Assembly: GCA_030390025.1 (NCBI GenBank) | Contig: CM059425.1 | Location: 161,636,001 to 161,700,000 of the forward strand | DNA length: 64,000 nt | Source: Squalus acanthias | Lineage: Eukaryota | Reading direction: 5' to 3' | Part shown: positions 35,817 to 48,309 of the stretch, piece by piece | How positions within the stretch are numbered: the first letter of the stretch is position 1 | How the letters are laid out: the number at the start of each line of letters is the position of its first letter | Notes under the pieces: model-generated | The model's input: only the letters and a program-made list of their open reading frames with translations | Told to the model about the DNA's origin: nothing | Database searches by the model: none | Position numbers and translations under genes: made by a program

Positions 35817-38172
35817 ATATTTTTACAGTCATTTGGAAAGACCACCTGAAGAAAGAAAAGGAACTATGTAATTTACTGTAAGCACATGCTAACTTGTTTT
35901 ATTTTATCGGTTATATATTTGGGTTTAGTCAATAAAATATTAGTCTGAATTAAAATAGAACTAATCAGGTTTAACTAACTTATTAAATGGTAAAAACCCG
36001 ACTTGCATTGTGGCCACAGTGAAATTCTGGTTATTTGAAATTGTGTGAGGTTCTCTAGTTCCAGACATGAGGCTTTCACATTGGAGTGAGAAGGGGAAGC
36101 CATCCTATAGTTGGAATAGAATTGTTTCACGGAATGATTAAAGTTAATAGTGGCGGTGCTAACGATGTCTGCTGTTTTTAACTGATCTTTAATTCATATG
36201 GATGGATAAAAATTTGTTAACATTTTTGTGCCTTTGTGGCTCATGTTTTGAAAATTGGAACTAAAGGAGAAGCTGAAATTTATTTATGAATTTAATGGCA
36301 TCAGGAAAGTTTTTAAAGGTACAAAGACTGAGGAAAACATAAAAAAAGGTTTGGTTCTTTGGGAAGTGATGCAATGGCATCCGACAATGTTTCACTCTGC
36401 CTTCTTATAAACCTACAAAAGGCGTTAACCCTTTCCACTCTTAGCTGTTTATTTAATTCACCAAGCAACCACTTTTGTAAATTTATATGGGTCATTATTA
36501 AATTTAAGTTTCTTAAATTAAGTGGCTATTTCCCCACGGTGACAGAAGGAAATTATTTGTCAAATTAACCCCTTGGGCTCTTAAGCAGTGCCACAATGAA
36601 TTCTTTGTTTCTTTTTTCTTATAAACCGGGTACCACGGTTTCCAGGACCATATGAAGGTTGATGGCATAGCAAGAGATCCAGCAGTTTTAAGAATTTAAG
36701 AATTTATTTGCAGACATTGGCAGACATCAAATGTCACAGCATGGCGACGATTTGGACTTAAGATTTTGCCCTTCAAGGGCTTGGACTTAACCCATTCAGG
36801 GTCATTTGTTATCTCCTGAGACAGAGTGCTCGAGAGGGGGAATATGGAAGTTACCTCCAAAGTAATTGCTAGCACTTCTATCTCTAATGTAAAACCACCA
36901 AGCCTGGGCATCATTTGTTTCTGAAATTGGAATTGATAAGAAAAATTGATATGAGTTGCTGTTTCAAGCACTCAAGATGGGAAAATTTACCTGAAGTTTA
37001 AGGGGATAATCAAATTTTCATTCAAAGAAAAGAGAGGAGAGCAGTCTAGGTAGTTTCTGTGTATCGAAGAAGAAAGTTTTCTTTGGGGAAATAGAATTGG
37101 ACATTGACAGTCCAACAATACTGCTCTTTGAAATGAAAAAAATGGACTCAGGCACACTATATCGGGTAGTTGTAGTACAATAAAAGGTCTGTGAAGTGGT
37201 TCAATTAAGTAAAATTAAACAAACAAATTGTGTTAAAAATTGGACCAAGTGGAAACATTCGATTTATGTTTTAAAGATATTATGATAATATTGTATTGGA
37301 TGGTAAAGTTCCTCCGGGGCTCATGAATGAGATTAAATACTGTGTAAAATTGAATGAGAGGAAGTAAATGAGGATATAAGATGAAAAAAGAAAAATTACA
37401 CCACCAAATGGGAATTTTTCTAAAGTCATTTTTCTTAGGTGAATGGGAATAAATCACCTGGGTGCAATTCACCAAAAAAAATCAACCTGGTATTAATGTA
37501 CTTTCTTGTGGAAGTCAGGTAAGTGTAGTTAAAAATAGTAAATTGATTGCATTCTCTTGGACATGTTTGTGCCATTGCCTATACTGAACAATAAGAAAAC
37601 TATATTTGATAGCCTGGCCACTACCCAAGACATCGGGACCATGCAGGGGGAGATGAGCAAAGATCTCCAGACACCCCATGATCTTTTGATAAGAGCACCT
37701 GAAAGCCCAAGAATGGCTTGTATCAGATGTCACGTGTTGCATGATATTGAGATATCGGTGTGTGTGCACATGTAAATGTGTTACTTGTGAAGTAACTAGC
37801 ATGCGAGAATGCATGTTGAAATTGCACTGAAGAACTGGTCTCAGACATGCTCAGTTATCGACAACAGCAGAACATGAAATAGTTATTGTGGCTCAGGAGA
37901 GTGAGACAACTTTTTAAATCATCAAGGCACTGATACATACTCCATAGATAAACCAACTTTGAAATAATCCAGATAGAGTTAAACATACTGTTACCTCTCA
38001 GAGGGATTAAAATTAAAAGTAAAGAGAACGCTGTTCAAGCTAAGATTTCTTTACAGGTAGAATGGTTGTCAGTTTCAAGGCCTTCACTAACTGCTGAATA
38101 AAGAAAGCTTGTAGGAAGGCTAAAAACACTTTGTTAAGTGGTAACCCATCGAGGGAAATTAAAAAAAAAAAT

Positions 38173-38710
38173 TGTTGGTACATGGAACTCAGCTAATTCA
38201 GCTTCTGAAAGGTGTTCATGTTTAGCTCATTTAATATAGAGCAAAAAAAGTGATTGGCATCATTGTAGAGAGAGAGAGAGAGGAAGAGATACGGATTTCA
38301 CTTAGCAACAGTCAGTTTGTTCAAGTGACCAGTTTCAGGATCTTAGGACTGAAACTGCTATTCCTGCCAATAGGATGTTTGACAAGGGTATTGCAACCTA
38401 CGTAAAGGGATTTTGATGTACATTGCCAAAGGATGTTGATCTACGTATGTTATAGAGAAATGTAAACTTGTGTGTGCAAGAATCGGCTGAAGGACGATGC
38501 ATTGACCGGAGACTACCATATAAGGCAAGGCCATTTCCAGTTTGACAAGGAGAATCAGTGTATCAAAAAAGAAGCTATTGTGTAAAGTTTGAGAAGAAAG
38601 AAACCTACAAGAATTGAGCGCATGCCTACATTCAAATCTGCTGATAAAATTCTGCTTGTAAATTGTGTTATACTCTGAAGAACTTATTCTCCACTTTTAG
38701 ATTTTTTTTA
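38173..38710 (+). mobile_element. LTR (family 2), copy 2, 3'-truncated
   Basis: Begins TGTTGG after purine-rich GAGGGAAATT(A)11; colinear with 15200-15865. Confidence 0.75.
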
Positions 38711-39494
38711 TGTTAGGAAGAAGGCAACCCAGACAACCCTTTTTGGCTGGGATGTCTGGGATCGAATTATCTGGCTGAGGTTCGATTGAATGCAAACTTT
38801 CCAATTCAACTTTACACATCTATCCATCCAATATGACATAATGAAATCAACTAATCACCCTTGTGCATGCCCTTAGTGACTGTCTTGCGTGTGCCTTTGC
38901 TTATCTTAGTGCTCCTATGCAGTGCTACCCCAGTGGCTGCAGCATGGCTGGTGGAAGACTGCTGACTTTCAGTGGGGGAGACTGCAGATGGCCTTGCAGG
39001 ACGATCTCGAGCAGCTGTGGGCCTAGTATGCCCGGCTTCAGACTGCACCATCAACGTTCTTCTGTAGGCCGCCCCATCGAGGTCTTCATCTGAGTCCTGT
39101 GCAGCAGAACTCTTGTGCGACCTCACCCTGGGGAGCTGACACCTGAGCCACGCTTTCCCCCTGCCCTGGCTGCAGGCCACTCATGCCCAGTGTCTCACCA
39201 TGTGCAGATCCCGCATTTAACCTATCCTCTAAAGTAGCGGAGTGTCAGGCCGTGATTTTGCCAGCGGAGGCGGGTTTGCGTCGGGTTCGCTGCTTGGCGG
39301 GCTCTGGTCCTGCTGTCGGTTTCAGCCACACTGCAATAACGATTTTGAGTTAACTGGGCTTATTAAGTCTGCCGTGCGTGTTACTCGGCCCAATCAGTGG
39401 GTTCGGGTCTGCTGCTCACCTCTGCTGCCGTCCTCGATTCAGCTGCTTTTAAGGGGCCCATGCAGCCTTTGTGTTTTGTGGTATTGTTTGTGAG

Positions 39495-42400
39495 ATGACT
39501 GCTGCAAGAACCAAGGCTTCTCCCCGCTTTGATGATGACTCCCTCCATGCTCTTGTGGAGGGAGTGAGAGGGCGCAAGGAGGTTCTGTTCCCCTCCAATG
39601 GACGGAGGAAGCCTCCTCAGCAAACCAAGGCAGCCTGGCTGCAAATTGCTGAGGAGGTTAGCTCCAGGTCTGTGTTCACGCACCTGGGTTCAGTGCAGGA
39701 AAAGGTTCAATGATCTGCTACGCTCAGCAAAAGTGAGTATAACATCACACTTACCTTCAATCTGCTTCCCATCTCTTCTCATCACCAGCACTCTGCATTG
39801 TCAACCTACTCCTTCACATCCCAACTTATCCTTACATCCCTTGCACCCTTAACCATCCCACTCTCTCCACGTACAGATTCACTTCACTATTCTACTATGC
39901 ATCCCTCACACTCGCTCTCACTGTTATGCAATGACAACAACTAACAATGCACAGGGAGGGCCCCTGGTATTGGCACCTCACTCCATCTTTGTCTCCCTCT
40001 AAGCATCTATGCTATGGATTCTCTACACTCACTCCAACATTCTCGTTTAAACTCCACTTGTGTTCCTCATTGCAGGAAAAGAGAGCCCACAATAAGAGGG
40101 AGAGGGCCAGGCCAGGAGGAGGGCCACCTTCCTTGGCGCATTTAACCAATGCTGAGGAGGCTGCTATCGAGATCATTGGAAGAGCAGAGGAGGTGGAAGC
40201 GGGTGACGGAGAGACGGGCGCAGTAGAGCAAGCTGGTGACAGAATAGGTTTTCAACCTTCTCATTTAGATTTCATGAGTAACTGATATGGCATCTGATGT
40301 TCATACAGATTGAGTTCTGATCATCTGCACAATGGGATGTGTCTGCTACCTAACTATCACATGTCTAACTCATGCCTTTACTCCCCCACAGGACCATCGA
40401 GAGCCCCTCTCCCCACTGTCCAGGAGGAAGAGCCGGATAACTCCTCAGAGGAAGCTGCAACCTCTGAGGGCGCAGTGTCAGCAGAAATGAACGCACCCAG
40501 CACCAGCGCAGAGACACACACCTCGGTGGGTCCTTTGCAAGATAGAGTAGTGTTGTCACCTGGTGTATTGAAGGGATAATTATTAGTCCTAGCCCCTTTA
40601 GGGCTACCCCGGATCAGGCGTATTCCCCAGACATTCACTTTCAACTAAAGTTTGAGGTAGCCGAATCCTAAAGACGCTTAATTGGGTCTAAAGGTCCAGA
40701 CTATCTCTCCCTAAAGGAAAGGAACAACCTGAAGATGTTACCATCCTCCAGATAGCACTTTTAATAAGTTTAGCTAGATTGTAACGTTCCGGATATTATG
40801 AGGGTCCGGAAAACTCCCCCAGAATTCTGCAACTCCTCACCAAAGAGCGTACAGAGATTGAGTTCGCGAGTTTGACACAGAAGTATTATGTGGGACAATT
40901 CTAAAAATATATAGATTTATGAAAGAACCGACATGTAATTTACAGTTGGTGATTCAATCGCAACATTAACAGTTCCAAGAACAGAAATCTTACAATTCTA
41001 TTATCAGATTATTCTCAAATCTTAACTTCGTTACATTTTTACAGTTCTTAGTCTTATTCCAGGATATCCACCAAAATCAAATACAGTACAATACCTTGAT
41101 CCCCGAGGTACAAAGAGTTGTCGACTTACAGAGCTTGCCTCTGAAGCCGAGAATCGCTTTGCCCCTGTACAGCGAGACTGTCATCCCATTTAAAAGTTCA
41201 ATATTTATATCCTTTTTCAGTGGTATGTCCTTTGAAGTTTTCTGCTGATGTAAGCTAATTATCTCCAGTCATTTTTCTGCTGACCCCTGCTATTCTTACA
41301 GTCAGTTCAGCTGGTAGCAATGCAGACTCGTGTCTCTCCTTTAGGTGGTCGAAGCTTATCATAAAAAACAGTGTAACAGCAAGTGCATCTATTTGATGTC
41401 ATTCTTACCAAGGTCTTCTGTTTGTGTCTTTTTATGATGTGTAATTTAAAACACCTCAACCAGGGTGATCTATGCAATTCTTAGTTACCTCAGCTGGTTG
41501 CAACACAGAATCGTGTCTCCTGTGTTTCATTTGATGTCATTTTTACGAAGACATATGTTTCTTAATTTTCTGTGTTTCTTTCCGAAGTGTAATTTAGGAC
41601 ACCTTAACAGGGTGTACCATTGTGTTCTTTCCAAAGCTTCAGACTTCCGGAGCTTCCAACCTCCTGTTTCAATAAGGTTATTGATTCAGTGTCAACAACT
41701 TATCTTATCTCAATAGCTGTTTACAGCTTTAGATTGTTGAGGCTTTTAGATTTTCAAGCCCAGTTTGTAATGTTACAAAGGTCAGAATTCTTTCATAGAA
41801 TGGTGTATTTTTCTGAATATGGCTTATTCCTTCACAGTATCACAGCTCACAAGTAAGCATCAGCAGATGGTGGAGACAGGGACAGCAGAGGAGCGACCTC
41901 GTCGGAGGCCACTGGACGTTCCTAGCTCTGCTCAGCTGTATGTGGACGCTGTGTCTCTGGGGCCATCCAGAAAGAGAGCGGTGCTGGAACTTCAGGAACA
42001 AGTGCGGAGGCTCTGACAGGGTTTGCAACCACTGTAACTGCGAGTGTGCAGAGAATGGAGGGGTCCATCTCAAACATGAGCAATGCCATGGTGCGTGCAA
42101 TGGCGAATGTAGGTGTCACCATGGAAAGGATGGCAACCTCCATGGAGGACATAAATCGCCAGATGCAAATGAACATGGTGACTCTTCTAAATAGATGGTC
42201 AGCTATGGAGGATAGATGGGCATCTATCGTGGAGAGGAAGGAGAGTTACATAGACGTCCCCGTTATGAGGTCTGTCAGTACAGAGATGGTTCCTCATGGC
42301 CCCACTGATGTGCAACAAGGTGCTCTCCAGCTACTTGCTAGCAGTGAAGTGCGGGTGACCCATGAGAGGGATGTTGGTGGTCGACAACAAGGAAGTGTGG

Positions 42401-42678
42401 GCTCCTCTCAAAGCGCTCACACTCCCATGCCACTGCAGAGCCCTTGGTCAAAGCCCCAGATTCCTCACCCAACTGAGATGGCCATCTCAGCCCCTGCACA
42501 ACCGCAGGAGGAGCAGACTGTTGCAGAGCCCTCCCAGGCTCCCAAACTCAGAGGACGCCCACCAAAGGCATCTAAGCTGGTGCAGCAGAGAAGTGAGCAA
42601 GCTGCCTCTACTTCTGCTGAAGCCACAAGGGAAGCACCATGTAGAAGCACGCGTAAGAGAAAGCTAACACACAAATAG
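39495..42678 (+). pseudogene. Harbinger C Myb/SANT partner pseudogene (exons ~39495-39732, 40076-40235, 40392-42678)
   Basis: MTAARTKASPRFDDDSLHALVEGV...AWLQIAEEVSS...RTWVQCRKRFNDL; GTGAGT donor; frameshift in exon 1; LTR in exon 3; basic C-terminus RSTRKRK. Confidence 0.88.
40569..41836 (-). mobile_element. Solo LTR (family 3), copy 2
   Basis: Reverse complement of 30900-32037; 4-bp TSD GTAT (40565-40568, 41837-41840); extra internal repeat unit. Confidence 0.92.
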
Positions 42679-42962
42679 TCACAAGGGTAGTCACTTGGCT
42701 GTTTTGATATAATACAAAGTTACGTTTCTCATAGTTATTTCAATTATATTAAAGAAATGCGATGTCAAAGATTCAGAGAGTTGGCCTCTGTGTGCTCAGA
42801 AATGGAAGTTGCACAGTGAGGAGTCAGGGCGCCTTTCATCTGTAGTGATGGTGGGGAGAGTGAGAGGAATTGTACAGTTTATTGTACAGATGCTGTCTGG
42901 TGTGTAATGAAGGTTGTGCAAACACTCATTTCCATGTGCCAGCCACATGTGTTTGCAGCGTA

Positions 42963-44146
42963 GTTACGTGAATCTGGCATGGATTAGTGCATCCCTTGCC
43001 TCACAGCCAGCAATGTGCTCGCGTGCTGGTGACACTGACACAGCCGCCCCTGCAAGTCTTCCTCATCTGAGGAGGAGGAGGAGGCTGTGCGCTGTGCCAC
43101 CTGTTCCTCAGGCAGCGATAAGCCATGCTGTTGTGTGATGTTGTGCAGAGCACAGTAGACCACGATGATTCTGGAGACCCTGGCTGGTGCATACTGCAAG
43201 GCTCCACCAGATCTGTCCAGGCATCTGAATCGCATTTTGAGCAAACCGATGGTTTGCTCTATAATGCTTCTGGTGGAAATGTGGCTCTCATTGTAGTGCT
43301 CCTCAGCTTCGTTTGATGGCCTCCTCATCAGTGTCATTAGGCACGTCTTCAGGGGATAGCCCTTGTCTCCAAGGAGCCATCCGGAAAGTTGGGTTGGCGG
43401 ATTGAACAGCTGAGGCACAGTGGACTGCCGCAGGATGAACGAGTCATGGCAACTGCCAGGGAACTTGGCGCAAACATGCATAATGTTCTTCCTGTGGTTA
43501 CACACCAGCTGGACGTTAAGGGAGTGGAAGCCCTTGCAGTTCACAAATACAGCTGGGTTGTGATGGGGTGCCCTAATGGCCTACAACGCCCTGCACCCTT
43601 GGGAAGCCTGCCATATTTGCAAAGCCAACCGCACGTGCGGTAACACTTCATCCGTGGAGAAGTGGATGTAATTGTGCGGTTTGGCAAAGAGGGCATCGGT
43701 AACCTGCGTGATGCAACTGTGTGTGGCAGACTGGGAAATACAGCTGATCCCTGGAAGGACCCTGAAGCAAAGAAGTTGAGTGCGGTGGTGACTTTGACAG
43801 CCACTGGTAAGGAGTGTCCACCCGCTCCTCTAGGCTGCAGGTGTTGGTGCAGCATTGTGCAGATGTCAGCGACTACCTCTCGTGAAAGTCTCAGCCTCCT
43901 TTGGCACTACTGCTCAGTTAAGTTGAGGAAGCTCATCCTCGGCCTGTAAACCCCGTGTTGGGGGTATCTCCTGCGGCGCGGTGCAGCCCTGCGCTGACGC
44001 CCTCTGCCCTGTGCAACATCAGGTGGGTGAGGAGAAGGTTGGTGCTTCTGCTGTTGGTGCTGCTGGTGTGCCTGGTTCTGCTGCTGCTGCTGCTGCTCTT
44101 TCCCCGATTCTGAGGACCAGGATGAGAGAGTATAAATGGTTCCCAT
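42963..44146 (-). pseudogene. Harbinger C transposase pseudogene
   Basis: [70 protein letters not shown]; the first catalytic-Asp region (GAID) appears deleted near 43580. Confidence 0.92.
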
Positions 44147-46108
44147 TCTGCTGGTATATGTGTCAGTTGAGGAATAAATGTTATAAGCACTCAGTCAATG
44201 TGGGCAGAGGGTATTCCAAGGAGGTCACAGTGCATATGGATCTCAGATTAAACACTTACAAACTCAATACACCTGCAAAATGTGTTCCAAGACCTCAAAA
44301 CAGAAAGTTCTGGCATCTGAAAGTGAACTAATGTTGCAGGTCAACTTTTATGCTGAAGGTGCGGCTGTCAACTATTCAGCTAGTTGCTAAACCTGGCACA
44401 ATCAGCTGGTGTGTTTGTCGCACGATGGGGAACACGCTGAAAATGCTGCAAAATGGGAAGAGCCTTGCAAAATAGGATTATCCAGGCAGTTAACTGCCTT
44501 AAGTGGCTCTCCCATCACTTGGTGTCGGGACTCACAGACCCGACACTTTGTAAAGTTGCGTGGAGGCGGGATGGTGATGGGTTCTCAACCTGCCGTCAAT
44601 CATTTTGATTTTAACTCCGGACCCACCTCCAAACCCGCCCTCTGAGTGCCGGCAAAATCGCAGCCTTAGTATCTGAGCTGGTGGTTGGGAGTGTGAAATT
44701 GAGTGAGGGTGTTCCTTCTTCTGCTTCTGGACTCTCCTCTCCCTCTTGTTCTTCGACCACTGGTTGAACAGGCTGCAATTCTTGGGTGTCTGAAATGAGA
44801 AAGGCACAAGGGTAAGGTTGTGGTGAGGGTAGGGGGGAAATAAATACACCATCTGCAGATTGTAAATCAGAAGAAATTGTGGAATGAGGGGGAAGTGGGA
44901 TGTGAGAAGGAGGATAATGTTTGAGGATATTGACATCTTGTATTCCTTCAGCCCTGTCGCTGGCCATGGGTTCAACCATGCCCCTGCCAAGAATGGCCAG
45001 CACCGTCTCCTCCAAGGGGGTGAGTTGATGCAGGTGAGCCTGTCCCCCGGCCGTTAAGCTTTGCTGTCTACAGGTATGCGCCACCTTTTCCTGCAAGAGG
45101 AAGGGAAGGGTGTCAGTGAGTGTGGTGTAATGTGTTTACGTGATGTGTCTGTCATGTTTGAATAGCTGACAGTGCATTCAAGCTGTGAGATGTGGGTGTG
45201 AGTCTTGCACCAGTGATAAATATGTGAGGGTGAGGTGAAGCTATGAATGTGAGGTATGAGTCATGTTTGGTAGAGATTGTTGGTAGGTGAGTGATGGAGG
45301 TGTGGTGCATTGAGCATTGTGTGAGGCTAGTGGAGCAGATGGTAGGATATGGCATTTGAAGATGAATTCACTGACATTGACTACGCAGGTGAGGTCATCA
45401 AACTTCTTCCTGCACTGAGTCCAGGTCCTCAGGGCTACACTGCTGGCATTGACCACACTGGCTACCTGCTCCCATTCCACTCTCATCTGTTGCCTGGAAG
45501 GCCTCCTGGCCCCCTGTGGGAAGAGGACCTCTTTCCTGGAGTTGACCTCCTGGACCAAACCTCTAATGCTGCATCCAAGAACCTTGGAGACCTTTCTTTG
45601 ACCTGTTGAGCTATTGCTCAATCATGTTTTTCTGATAGCAGCCTTCACGATCACTTTCACCACCTGTTGGCAGGCAGAAGGCACCTCCCCTTTAAGAAGT
45701 GCAGACTGCTTTTAAGTAGTGCAGGCTAGCTTTAATTTGAACTAGCCTCACACAAACTCGGCCTCCACCCCCGCTGAGCGTTTAGCCACTCAGCAGTGCG
45801 ATCAGTGCTTGGCTGAACACTACAATTATGCAAAGTAGCAGGCAGCACGAATTTTACCTTCTAGCATATTTGTCACACAGATTGGTCCACAGAATATTTT
45901 GAAATTAGCATACAAAAATAGAGGGTTTTGCATTATTCACTCAATTTGACAACCTGAAGCAGTGTCAGTAGAATAGCAAGAGCAGAAGCAGTTTGTTCTT
46001 GTTACAGATAGTCTTACCAGGCAATAGCAGAATGTTGTTAGTGCCTGTTGTGATGGCAGCAGCAACAGTTGAGTGTGTGATCAGAATGAGAAGGAGGGTT
46101 GGTACAAT

Positions 46109-47960
46109 GGGCTAAAAATTCAGGTGGTTTACGCCACCTGTTACCGTCAAATATTGCAAAACACGGCAGCCGCCGCTCTTTTGCCAGCTGGTGGCGGGTC
46201 CCACAGTGTCCACCATTTTCCCAGGGCTGGCAGCGCTGCAGGTAAAAGCGATGGCCATGGAAATTTAAATTAGGGAGAGGGTGACGTCAGTCAGCATGCA
46301 ACATCGACTTAACATCACCATGGCGAACTTGTACCTTACTGCTGAGTTCAATGCTGGGTCCTAAGCTCGCCATGGAAAGCCAGCATGCAGCAGACTCACC
46401 CAGGCACTGTCAGCAGCTCTTAAAGGGACACACACATCTTTCAGGTAAGTTTGCATTTAAGTTTTTGGGCTGCATTTTTTTGATATTATTGAAGTAGTGG
46501 CTTGCTGCAATACATGTTAAAAAAAATTAAGTGTGCAGGGTGTGCTGCTGGAAGCTTGCAAGGTCTCGGATGGTAAAGGAAGGCCTCTGAGAAGACAGAA
46601 AATGCTGTAACTACTCAGCAGGTCAGGCAACATCCGTGGAGAAAGAAATAGAGTTCTCGTCTAAGGTTGAGATGCTGCCTGACCTGTTGAATATTTACAG
46701 CATTTCTGCTTTTATTTCAGATTTCCACATCTGCTCGCAGAGGGAAAAGGAAGACGCAGAAGAGGAAGACACAGAAAAGGAAGCAGCAGAAGAGGAAGAT
46801 GCAGAAGAGGAAGAAGCAGAAGAGCAGGAAGCAGAAGGAAGGATGCAACACAGACAGCCCCTTTCAGGCCGGGATATCCGGGATGGAATCATCCACTTGC
46901 GGTACCAGTGACCACAACCCCAATTCCCCTTTCACCATTTGTCCCACACCCGACCTTCCCTCTGTTGCTGACCATCACAGCGTCCTCTTGGCCACAATGC
47001 GGAAATAAAAGCCACCACAAAGCAAACTTTCCAATTCAACTTTACACATCTATCCATCCAATATGACATAATGAAATCAACTAATCACCCTTATGCATTC
47101 CCTTAGTGACTACCTTGTGTGTGCCTTTGCCTATCCTACTGATGTCATGCAGTGCTACCCCAGTGGCTGCAGCATGGCTGGTGGAAGGCTGCTGACTTTC
47201 AATGGGGGATACCACAAATGGCCTTGCTGGTTGACCTTGAGGAGCTGGTGGCTGGGAGTGTGAAATCGAGTGATGGTGTTTCTTCTTTTTCTTCACTCTC
47301 CTCTCCCTCTTCTTGGTCGACCACTGGCTGGGCAGACTGCATTTCTTGGGTGTGTGAAATGGGGAAGGCACAAGGGTGGAATTGTGGTGAGGGGAGGGCA
47401 GGAAAGGAAGAGATGCGTGTGAGAAGGAGGATAACGTATGAGGATACCAGTAGTTTGTATCCTTTCAGCCCCGCCACTGGCCAAGGGCTCAGCCATGCAC
47501 GTGTCAAGAATGGCCAGCACCGTCTCCTCCAAGGGAGTGAGGTGAAGCTAGGAATGGGGTTGTGCCTCGTGTTTGGTACAGATTGTTGGTAGATGAGTGA
47601 TTGGTGGCGGGGGGGAGGTGTGGAGCCATGCATTGAGGAGTGTGTGACGCTAGTGGTGCAGTTGGTAGTAGATGACTTTTGAAGATGCATTCACATACCT
47701 TGACCACTGGTCTGAGGTCATGAAGCTTCTTTGGGAGCCAGGTCCTGGGGGCGACACTGCTGGTAGTGATGGCCTTGGTAATCTGGTCCCACATCCTTCT
47801 TTCTGGAGGCCCTCCTGGCCCCTGTGGGTAGAGGACCTCTCTTGTAGTGTTGACCCACTGCACAAAGCTGGAATACTGCGTGTGAGACACTGGGTGCCAC
47901 TTCCCTGGCTTGCTGAGCCATTTGTGTTAGTGCTGAAGCACTTTTCCCTTTTTTTAGGCA
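46109..47960. mobile_element. Harbinger E: internally deleted (transposase reduced to acidic tail 46735-46911; Myb gene on minus strand ~47925-47081)
   Basis: Left TIR GGGCTAAAAATT; promoter-like CTTAAAGG...TTTCAGGTAAG as in Harbinger A; Myb remnants WDQITKAI...KKLHDL and KGMHKGD*. Confidence 0.8.
46594..46733. repeat. Head-to-head pair of Penelope 3'-terminal fragments
   Basis: 46594-46655 matches the PLE terminus on minus and 46670-46733 on plus (GATGCTGCCTGACCTG...ATTTCAGATTTCCA). Confidence 0.75.
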
Positions 47961-48084
47961 TGGAAGACTGATGACTCCCATTTGGGAATTTTTTTTAACG
48001 TTAATTTTTTTCAGAAGACAGTTGAGCTGTAAGGGCTTAAAACTGCCTATTTTTAAATGATTTTATTTTTTTCATTTTAGAAGG

Positions 48085-48309
48085 CAGTTCCCCTTTAAGC
48101 ACTGCTTTCTAAAATGACAGCCTTGTTTTAAGAGAAGGCTTTTTCTTGCTGCATGATCGGATACTTGGCTGCTGCAACTTTGCTCTGTTCTTAAAGCTCC
48201 CGCCGTTGTGAGCCTGAGCAGATAGAGTGGACAGTTTCTTTTACTGCACGCCACACACAGTCAAGCTTGCTGCGCGGCCATGTGCCCGCACAGCTTAAAG
48301 GGAACATTG
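48085..48309. mobile_element. hAT-MITE-related fragment
   Basis: Right end CAGCTTAAAGGGAACATTG matches the MITEs at 377 and 15505; no TSD found. Confidence 0.5.

Larger units (their letters stand above)
39248..44665. mobile_element. Harbinger C: two-gene Harbinger with both TIRs
   Basis: TIRs GGCCGTGATTTTGCC / GGCAAAATCGCAGCC; 3-bp TSD TCA/TTA; host Myb exon is continuous across the site. Confidence 0.92.
38851..45625 (-). pseudogene. Harbinger A Myb/SANT partner pseudogene (exons ~45625-45374, 45091-44937, 44791-44666 and 39247-38851)
   Basis: LVQEVNSRKEVLFP...WEQVASVVNA...RTWTQCRKKFDDL; exon 2 EKVAH...LTPLEETVLAILG; C-terminus KGMHKGD*; split by Harbinger C. Confidence 0.85.
13494..45860. 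mobile_element. Harbinger A: decayed two-gene Harbinger, inferred to be expanded by nested insertions
   Basis: Left TIR GGGCCCAGAAATT, transposase (+) to 15199; intergenic spacer and convergent Myb gene (-) resume at 38792-39247 and 44666-45625; same layout as the element at 46109. Linking the two halves is inference. Confidence 0.55.

Noticed and set aside
14005..44146. Domesticated host genes HARBI1 / NAIF1
   Set aside because: All copies have stops, frameshifts or insertions and lie in TIR-bounded convergent pairs, as expected for dead Harbinger transposons.
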